Translations under genes and position numbers: made by a program
Notes under the pieces: generated by a model
What the model was told of the DNA's origin: nothing
Seen by the model: only the letters and a program-made list of their open reading frames with translations
Databases searched by the model: none
Shown here: in pieces, positions 1 to 5,461 of the stretch
How the letters are laid out: each line of letters begins with the position of its first letter
Numbering within the stretch: the first letter of the stretch is position 1
Virus record (IMG/VR): IMGVR_UViG_3300023440_000004
Span: 1-64,000 of that record
Length of the DNA stretch: 64,000 nt
Origin: a virus
Reading direction: 5' to 3' (one strand)

Positions 1-140
1 GGCCAGGTGCGATCTTCGACCCGGACGGAGACGTAACGGCCATCCTCGGCCGCCAGGGTGACGGCCCCTACGGCCTCCTCGAGGTCCCACTTGGGGAGCA
101 GGAGTTTGGCGTCGGACAGGGATTCGATGGGGTAGCTCAT
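1..140 (-). CDS. hypothetical protein, N-terminal part (gene continues past the left window edge)
   Basis: ATG at 138-140 on the minus strand with AGGAGG (148-153) 7 nt upstream. Frame is open to position 1. Begins MSYPIESLSDAKLLLPKWDLEEAV. Confidence 0.55.
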   Translation of the reverse strand, partial: MSYPIESLSDAKLLLPKWDLEEAVGAVTLAAEDGRYVSVRVEDRTW

Positions 141-173
141 CGTAATACCTCCTGATGTGGGTTGTGGATAAGC

Positions 174-494
174 TCAATCCTCCGGCCAGATCCACCGGCC
201 ATTCTTGTGGACCCACTTGTCCGTTCGGTACGGCTGACCTGGAGCGGGTTGGGAGGTGATCTGGAGCCGGTCTTCGGGAGAGATGGTGACGTGCGCTTGG
301 GGGAGACGGACCTCCAGCGTGCCGTCGTCTTCTTCGATCACCTCCACCGCGAGGTCGGGGGGTGGGGGTTCGTTCGGGTCAGGGGCCTCAGTATTCCGGA
401 TAGCATACACGTAGGTAGCCCGGTCACCGTTGTCGTAACGGATCTGGACTTTAACGGTGGACTGCCGGAGATCGTAGAGAATGGAATCGTTCAT
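174..494 (-). CDS. hypothetical protein (106 aa)
   Basis: Internal ATG (492-494) of track ORF 174..593, preceded by AGGAGG with 7-nt spacing. Starts MNDSILYDLRQ. The stop of the upstream gene lies just before the RBS. Confidence 0.65.
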   Translation of the reverse strand: MNDSILYDLRQSTVKVQIRYDNGDRATYVYAIRNTEAPDPNEPPPPDLAVEVIEEDDGTLEVRLPQAHVTISPEDRLQITSQPAPGQPYRTDKWVHKNGRWIWPED

Positions 495-504
495 TGGGTA
501 CCTC

Positions 505-1089
505 CTAAGGAGTTGGGTTGTGAAATTCCGCCCAGGTATCGAACTCTTCTGGAGACAATGGGCCGATACGACCGTCCCAGGTAAATACTTCAACTATCCC
601 TGTGTCTTTACGCCGTCCGGTTTCTGTGACTACGTATCCGCCAGGGCGGAGACGGGCAACGATGTGGGCGGTCTGAACGCATTTCCCACCTGACCGCTTG
701 AGGAGTAAGCGGTCACCGTTCACGACATCAATCCGTGAGTACGACCCACGGAACCCTCCTTGGCTGGTGATGAATACGATTTTCTCATCCTCTTCTGGGG
801 TGGCGGGGACGAGGAGATCGGTACCTTTTTGGGTACGTATGACCCGACACGGGGTCAGAGAGGCGGCGGATGCATGGTATTGCCGATAATTCTGATAGAA
901 CAGGTGCATCTTCCTCGGGTCGGTCGGCTCCCACCCATCCCATTCCAGCTTCAGGGATGGGTGGAATGGAAAGAACGCTGTATGACGGAAACCCTCCCCA
1001 CGGAAAGCGGGGAACGGGTCTGTGGATAAGTGCCACGGGGTAGGGAAATAAGAGTTGGTTTTTGACTTGGATAGTAAGAATTTAAGCAT
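505..1089 (-). CDS. hypothetical protein (194 aa)
   Basis: Track ORF 505..1116. I prefer the ATG at 1087-1089 (MLKFLLSK), which has GGAG 8 nt upstream. GTG at 1116 is an alternative start. No motif recognised. Confidence 0.6.
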   Translation of the reverse strand: MLKFLLSKSKTNSYFPTPWHLSTDPFPAFRGEGFRHTAFFPFHPSLKLEWDGWEPTDPRKMHLFYQNYRQYHASAASLTPCRVIRTQKGTDLLVPATPEEDEKIVFITSQGGFRGSYSRIDVVNGDRLLLKRSGGKCVQTAHIVARLRPGGYVVTETGRRKDTGIVEVFTWDGRIGPLSPEEFDTWAEFHNPTP

Positions 1090-1151
1090 GAGTGTCACTC
1101 CAATTCCGAATTTCACTCAAAGGGGCTGGACGGTGTCGTGGTGACGACGGC

Positions 1152-1295
1152 TCACCACCACTCATCATCCCCCAGCAACCCCGCCCAGGCGTCCTCGATA
1201 GCCGGGTCGCTGGACGGGTAGAGCTCCCAGATACGAGAGGCGCCTTGAGACGATCGACTGCCTCCGGCGTCAAGGGGCGGCAAAAAGCAGGCCAT
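1152..1295 (-). CDS. small hypothetical protein (47 aa, below the ORF-track cutoff)
   Basis: ATG at 1293-1295 with AGGAGG 7 nt upstream. Hand translation gives MACFLPPLDAGGSRSSQGASRIWELYPSSDPAIEDAWAGLLGDDEWW*. Third codon positions are mostly G/C. Confidence 0.45.
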   Translation of the reverse strand: MACFLPPLDAGGSRSSQGASRIWELYPSSDPAIEDAWAGLLGDDEWW

Positions 1296-1359
1296 AAGAC
1301 ACCTCCTCAGTCAATTATAACAAAGGTATTGTAGCAGTACCAACGGACAGGTTGGAAAA

Positions 1360-1927
1360 GTTACAAAGGGTCCGCGCGGTTACACGGGGTTACATTATTA
1401 TTATTGACGGCGGGGCCACAAGAGACGCCAAGGGTTACAAAGGTTACAAAAATCTCTATATTCCAACACCAGTTTTCTATATTAGAATTTTCTAATATGA
1501 GAATGATTCTCATTTGCATTTGCAGCTCCAGAGCCCGTCAATCATATCGATACTCAGAGCGTTACTCAGAGCGGTCGAGGGGGTTGACTTGTTGGCGGGG
1601 TATGGATATGATTACATCGGGGAGGTATGTATGTACGTACATACCTATATATATTATATACGCGATTATTTCCTGTGAGTGAATAATTTTATACGCCCCT
1701 ATATGAGATTATATGAAAGCCGGATTTTTCTGTAACTTTTGTAACCTTGTTCAAAATCAACAAGTTACAGAAAAAACTTTGTAACCGACTTTGTAACCTT
1801 CCTTGGTTTTGTAACCCCCTCAACCAAAACCTCTTTAAAATCAACAAGTTACTCTCTGAGCGACTTTTTGTAGCCCAATTTGGATAACTTATTGATTTTA
1901 AAGGGATCTTGTCGATTCGGGTTACGG
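1360..1927. other. iteron-flanked AT-rich element (candidate replication origin or control region)
   Basis: GGTTACA motif in forward orientation at 1360, 1379, 1389, 1434, 1443. Its complement (CTT)TGTAAC(C) occurs at 1731, 1740, 1780, 1792, 1810. Between them is an AT-rich core with the perfect palindrome GTATGTACGTACATAC (1629-1644) and GAGAATGATTCTC (1499-1511). A 20-bp inverted repeat lies at 1833-1852 / 1884-1903. Confidence 0.4.
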
Positions 1928-1961
1928 ACCTGCCAAAAACAATCAGAAACAATAAGGCCCG

Positions 1962-3080
1962 ATTGTTCACTGGCAGTTAACAATTACAATCCTTTTGCTA
2001 CCGAAATCCCGGCAATCGTTGCCGAACATGCAACAATCATGCCTAGAATTTGGGGCACTTTGCGGCAATGGTTGCCGGCCAGCGCCCTCTCTCCTCGCGT
2101 CGGGTGTCGATCGGGGGCGAACCTGCGGTTAAAGGCCATCTCACACCCCGTCGGTGCTCCTTTCAGGGCGGATTCCGCCTAAGCGCCCCTCTCGCCGCGT
2201 CTGAGCTTGGTAACGGCCCTGGGACGGCTCTGGGCCTGCTACCGTCATCAGCGCCCCTCTCGCCGCGTCTGAGCCGGAATCAGGGGCATAACTGGGGATA
2301 AAGGCCCTCTCACTTAGCGTCGATACCAAAATCTGGGCCGATAGACCCCGACTGTTCACCAATAGTGGACAATCGGGGTAAATACCGGGAAAGACTCGTG
2401 CAGTTGCGCCGTCAGATCCAGAATCAAGGTGCCGGTTCGGCCGGAAATAGCCGCGATTATTCGCCGTCGTCTGACAATCAGGGCCTTGGACGACCTGAAA
2501 TAGCCCTATCGCACGTCCAACCGGTGACAATCGGGTCAAAAAAGCCTCGATTGTTCGCTATCGGTTAACAATCAGGACTCCATGCTTGCTGGCGGTTGGC
2601 AATCTGGGCCAGAATCAGGGGCAATCCTGTGACAAAAGGCCAATCTTGGCGCGCCAGAGCCTGGGTCTGGGCGCTAAAAACCCCGTTTGTTTCCTAATGA
2701 TTGCCAATCCGGGCATATATGTGCCCGTCAGAACCCGGAGTAAGGTGACAATCCTGGGGGATTTGGCCAGATTGTTCGCTATCGGTTAACAATCAGGACT
2801 CCATGCTGGTCCAAAAGGCTTCGATTGGGCCGTGGCGGGCGGCAACCGGGGCCAGGACCAGGGGCAAACTTGGCCATTCCAACGTTTGGTGACAACCGGG
2901 CGCCTCTTGCCGGCGTCAGGTTCTCAAGACCCCGTTAACAATCGGCCGAAAATAGACCGATTGTTTGCTATCGGTTAACAATAAGAACCTCGGGTTCGTT
3001 GGCAGCCAGATGGCACTCCAGTCAGCGTCGATTGACAATTTGCCTGAGGCCCTAGGTATTGTTCATAGGTAGTGAACAAT
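1962..3080. repeat. array of six 23-bp palindromic sites ATTGTTC-N9-GTTAACAAT within about 200-bp degenerate tandem units
   Basis: Sites at 1962-1984, 2351-2373, 2550-2572, 2771-2793, 2960-2982, 3058-3080. A 38-bp segment GATTGTTCGCTATCGGTTAACAATCAGGACTCCATGCT is identical at 2549-2586 and 2770-2807. Many extra (G/T)ACAATC half-sites are present. Confidence 0.75.
2081..2323 (+). repeat. five phased direct repeats (about 24 bp, consensus GCCCTCTC-N5/6-GCGTC)
   Basis: Copies start at 2081, 2132, 2182, 2250, 2301, giving spacings of 51, 50, 68, 51 bp. Copies 3 and 4 (2182-2206 and 2250-2274) are identical: AGCGCCCCTCTCGCCGCGTCTGAGC. Confidence 0.7.
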
Positions 3081-3188
3081 AGCCGCCAGAACCTCGGGGC
3101 AGACATGTGGCATCCTTGTCCTCAAGGACAGAGGGTATTAGTGAGTGAGTTGGTAGGTGCCTATCAACTTACTTAAAAGGAGAACACC

Positions 3189-3890
3189 ATGAGCGAACTG
3201 CGTTTGTTCCTAGAAACTTTTCGTGCTGAACAACTTATAGCTATTCGGGAAGCACTTACCTTCGAATCCGGAAGCTGCGAAGTCAGCTTCCGAGTCGGCA
3301 ACCGGCTCGTCACTCGGCGTATCGTCATGCCGGTCGCCGAACGAACTGTTTTGTCGGTCCGTGGCCTCAATGGAGTCGCTCACTCAGTCCGGGATACGGA
3401 ACCCGGACTGAGTGACTTTGCCAAATCCGTTACGGATTGGGCAATGGACGTTTTGTCCTATCCAGCTCAGGCTTTCGAGCCTGAGGAGAATGGACTCGAA
3501 TCGCCGGCCAAACAAGCTATAACGGAGCTGGAAGGACAGCTCCGAGACCCGAGAGCCATCAAACTACTGAAAAATTCTGGCCTCGGACATCAGTCCGAGC
3601 ACCGGCCCTCTGAGCCGGACCAAATCCGTCTAGAGGCCGCCGCATTGCGGTGGCTGCTCGGGAAACTGATAGCGTTTGCCGAGGACGATCGGACAGACTT
3701 AGCATACGTCAGATCCCAACACGTCCGACGCGCGTTAGACCGCGCCGGATTGAGCCTCCCAGCCTTCCGGGAGGCGCACCAACAGGCTCTCCAGAGCCTG
3801 TTGGAGAGCGTCGAGCCTCCGTATTGGGAGCTCGATGATCTCCTCATTGCGCCCGACACCTCGTCGGTGGACCACCGCTACTCAGAATAG
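3189..3890 (+). CDS. hypothetical protein (233 aa), first gene of the rightward block
   Basis: ATG 3189 with AAAGGAG upstream. Clean long ORF followed by stem-loops and a terminator. No motif recognised. Confidence 0.8.
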   Translation: MSELRLFLETFRAEQLIAIREALTFESGSCEVSFRVGNRLVTRRIVMPVAERTVLSVRGLNGVAHSVRDTEPGLSDFAKSVTDWAMDVLSYPAQAFEPEENGLESPAKQAITELEGQLRDPRAIKLLKNSGLGHQSEHRPSEPDQIRLEAAALRWLLGKLIAFAEDDRTDLAYVRSQHVRRALDRAGLSLPAFREAHQQALQSLLESVEPPYWELDDLLIAPDTSSVDHRYSE

Positions 3891-3900
3891 CGGTGGTCCA

Positions 3901-3936
3901 GCCCCCGTCCCGTCCTGGGGCGGGGGCATTCTTTTT
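3901..3936 (+). terminator. intrinsic terminator
   Basis: GCCCCCGTCCC / GGGGCGGGGGC stem (one G-U pair) with a 5-nt loop, followed by ATTCTTTTT. A 13-bp stem (3868-3900) spanning the stop codon precedes it. Confidence 0.7.
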
Positions 3937-3973
3937 GACCGGAGCCTTAATGGCACCATGGTGGCATACTCGC

Positions 3974-4022
3974 CCCGTGCCTGGCCCTGCTCCACCCACC
4001 CACCCGCAGGGCCAGGCACGGG
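3974..4022. other. perfect 17-bp-stem hairpin with a CCACCCACCCACCC loop
   Basis: CCCGTGCCTGGCCCTGC (3974-3990) is the exact reverse complement of GCAGGGCCAGGCACGGG (4006-4022). The site is intergenic. Confidence 0.7.
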
Positions 4023-4077
4023 ACTAAGTCATTGGTTGATTATGGGCGTCACTCAACAGACTTAGAAGGAGAGGACG

Positions 4078-4275
4078 ATGGAAGTAACAGAGACTTATAT
4101 TTCCTATGATGAGCTTTTGCGTCGGGCTGAGATTCGGCCTGGCGTCATTAGAGATTACGTCATCGATAAGTGCGGGTGCATCTGGGCACCTGAGTTTTGG
4201 GATGGATCTACTTTCTATGAGGGATTCTACCTTGACAGATGCCCGCAGTGCGCCGAGGAGGTATACTACGATTAA
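4078..4275 (+). CDS. small Cys-containing protein (65 aa), possible zinc-binding
   Basis: ATG 4078 with GAAGGAGAGG upstream. CGC...CPQC cysteine pairs are present. A terminator follows. Confidence 0.7.
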   Translation: MEVTETYISYDELLRRAEIRPGVIRDYVIDKCGCIWAPEFWDGSTFYEGFYLDRCPQCAEEVYYD

Positions 4276-4281
4276 TCCCTA

Positions 4282-4316
4282 CCCCCCGTCCCAAGCATGG
4301 GCGGGGGTTTCTTTTT
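4282..4316 (+). terminator. intrinsic terminator (sequence-related to the one at 3901)
   Basis: CCCCCGTCCC / GGGCGGGGG stem followed by TTTCTTTTT. Confidence 0.7.
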
Positions 4317-4412
4317 GGCCGGGTCCTTAGCAATATGGTACCTACGGGTCCCATACTGGGCTTTAGCAACGTTAAATCCGAAGTTGGGGGTGTGGTGGAG
4401 AGGGTGGTCATG

Positions 4413-4682
4413 TTTTACAACCCCACCCACAACCACAACCACAACCACAACCACAACCTCACCCACAACCTCACCCACAACCTCACCCACAACCTCACTC
4501 TCAACCCTCACTCTCAACCTCACCCACAACCTCACTCTCAACCCTCACTCTCAACCTCACCCACAAAATTAGTGTGGTTTTTACCCACAACCCCACCCAC
4601 AACCCCACCCACAACCACAACCCCACCCATAACCACAACCCCACCCATAACCACAACCCCACCCACACCCACACCCACAATC
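4413..4682 (+). repeat. G-free C/A-rich microsatellite-like tract (top strand)
   Basis: No G from 4413 to 4571 (159 nt) and from 4578 to 4682 (105 nt). Built of CACAAC, CTCACCCACAAC, CTCACTCTCAACC and CCCCACCCA(C/T)AACCACAA units. The complement has GGG/GGGG runs spaced 1-4 nt apart. An ORF from ATG 4410 to 4754 is also open through it. Confidence 0.85.
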
Positions 4683-4724
4683 GATTTATATCAGCTATAT
4701 GTTGTACCATCCCCACCTAGGGAC

Positions 4725-4754
4725 CATCTGAAGGAACTGGCCGAGAAGGTGTGA
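4725..4754 (+). repeat. 30-bp direct repeat, copy 1 (identical to 5429-5458)
   Basis: CATCTGAAGGAACTGGCCGAGAAGGTGTGA. In both copies it is read as HLKELAEKV-stop. Confidence 0.9.
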
Positions 4755-4765
4755 GCCTCGAAAAA

Positions 4766-4828
4766 CCCAATCAAGTGTTGATCCGATTTATATTTGTGGT
4801 ATATTTATTATCTCCACACTTGATTGGG
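4766..4828 (+). promoter_or_regulatory. sigma70-like promoter enclosed by a perfect 13-bp inverted repeat
   Basis: CCCAATCAAGTGT (4766-4778) and ACACTTGATTGGG (4816-4828) flank TTGATC (4778-4783), a 16-nt spacer, and TGgTATATT (extended -10, 4797-4805). The site lies 33 nt upstream of the KilA-N start codon. Confidence 0.5.
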
Positions 4829-4837
4829 AATTTAACG

Positions 4838-5458
4838 ATGGCAAAGACTGATTTTAAAATGACGGTACAATTTCTGAAAGGCGAGGTTCTCGCCACGACG
4901 AAGACCCACATGATCGACCTGCGACGTCTGTTCGATGTCGGGAACCGTTACCGGGGCGACGAGGATAAGCCCAGCCTCCGTATGGAGTCCTGGCTGGCTC
5001 TTCAACCCACCAAAGAGTTCATTCAGCGGGTGTCCGATCATATCGGACGTCCTGCGTTGGAGACCAAGCGAGGCAGGAACGGCTCCACTTGGGCGCACCT
5101 GCTGGTTGCCCTGGACGCAGCTATGTACCTGTCACCCTCAATGAAGCTGGAGGTGTTGGACACCTTCCTCAACCAGCGTATCCTCGACCTGCGGGACGAC
5201 TCTGCGAACAGGTTCATCGACCTGAACGCCGCATTGGCGCTGGCCGCTGAAGAAACGTTCGGAAAACCCACACACCGTGGACATTACACGACCATAGCCC
5301 GTATCATCAGGGACCGGCTTGGCGTGACCGATTGGAATCTGGCGGATGCGGCCACGCTGCGTGAGCGGGCTCGAATCGAGGAGACACTGACGACCATGCT
5401 CAAAGCCGGTGTCGTTCGTGATTGGGATCATCTGAAGGAACTGGCCGAGAAGGTGTGA
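4838..5458 (+). CDS. KilA-N domain DNA-binding protein
   Basis: Starts at MAKTDFKM, an internal ATG of track ORF 4751..5458. SWLALQPTKEFIQRV...GRNGSTWAHLLVALDAAMYLSPSMKLEVLDTF matches the KilA-N pattern (GTWxHxxLAxxxAxWLSPxF). Confidence 0.6.
   Translation: MAKTDFKMTVQFLKGEVLATTKTHMIDLRRLFDVGNRYRGDEDKPSLRMESWLALQPTKEFIQRVSDHIGRPALETKRGRNGSTWAHLLVALDAAMYLSPSMKLEVLDTFLNQRILDLRDDSANRFIDLNAALALAAEETFGKPTHRGHYTTIARIIRDRLGVTDWNLADAATLRERARIEETLTTMLKAGVVRDWDHLKELAEKV
5429..5458 (+). repeat. 30-bp direct repeat, copy 2
   Basis: Identical to 4725-4754. It forms the last 9 codons plus the stop of the KilA-N gene. Confidence 0.9.
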
Positions 5459-5461
5459 CGG

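Noticed and set aside
162-584. 140-aa plus-strand ORF overlapping 174..593 (-).
   Set aside because: The minus-strand frame has an AGGAGG RBS at the internal ATG and fits the leftward operon with tight stop/start spacing. The plus-strand ORF has neither.
1629-1644. The perfect palindrome GTATGTACGTACATAC as a telomere-resolution (protelomerase) site of a linear plasmid-prophage.
   Set aside because: The palindrome is short compared with known telRL sites. I recognised no protelomerase or partition ATPase gene in the window.
1404-1970. Track ORFs 1404..1682 (+) and 1689..1970 (-) inside the AT-rich or iteron region.
   Set aside because: There is no RBS. The low-complexity translations are driven by the repeats (for example SERYSERS). 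They span palindromes and iterons, so the region is better explained as non-coding.
2365-2789. Twin 67-aa ORFs (2365..2568 and 2586..2789), both ending ...RLFAIG*.
   Set aside because: The shared ending is a by-product of the identical 38-bp repeat. The starts are GTG and TTG without an RBS, and the sequence is part of the roughly 200-bp tandem units. This was kept only as a caveat in the finding on 1962-3080.
2549-2807. Possible CRISPR-like array, because of the identical 38-bp repeats.
   Set aside because: Only two identical copies exist. The spacing is about 183 bp, far longer than CRISPR spacers. The intervening DNA is itself repeat-related, and no cas genes are present.
4239-4754. The full 171-aa track ORF starting at 4239.
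   Set aside because: Its first 25 codons or so run through the 3' end and the terminator of gene 4078..4275. Only the shorter version from ATG 4410 is considered possible, and even that is uncertain (see the finding on the G-free tract).
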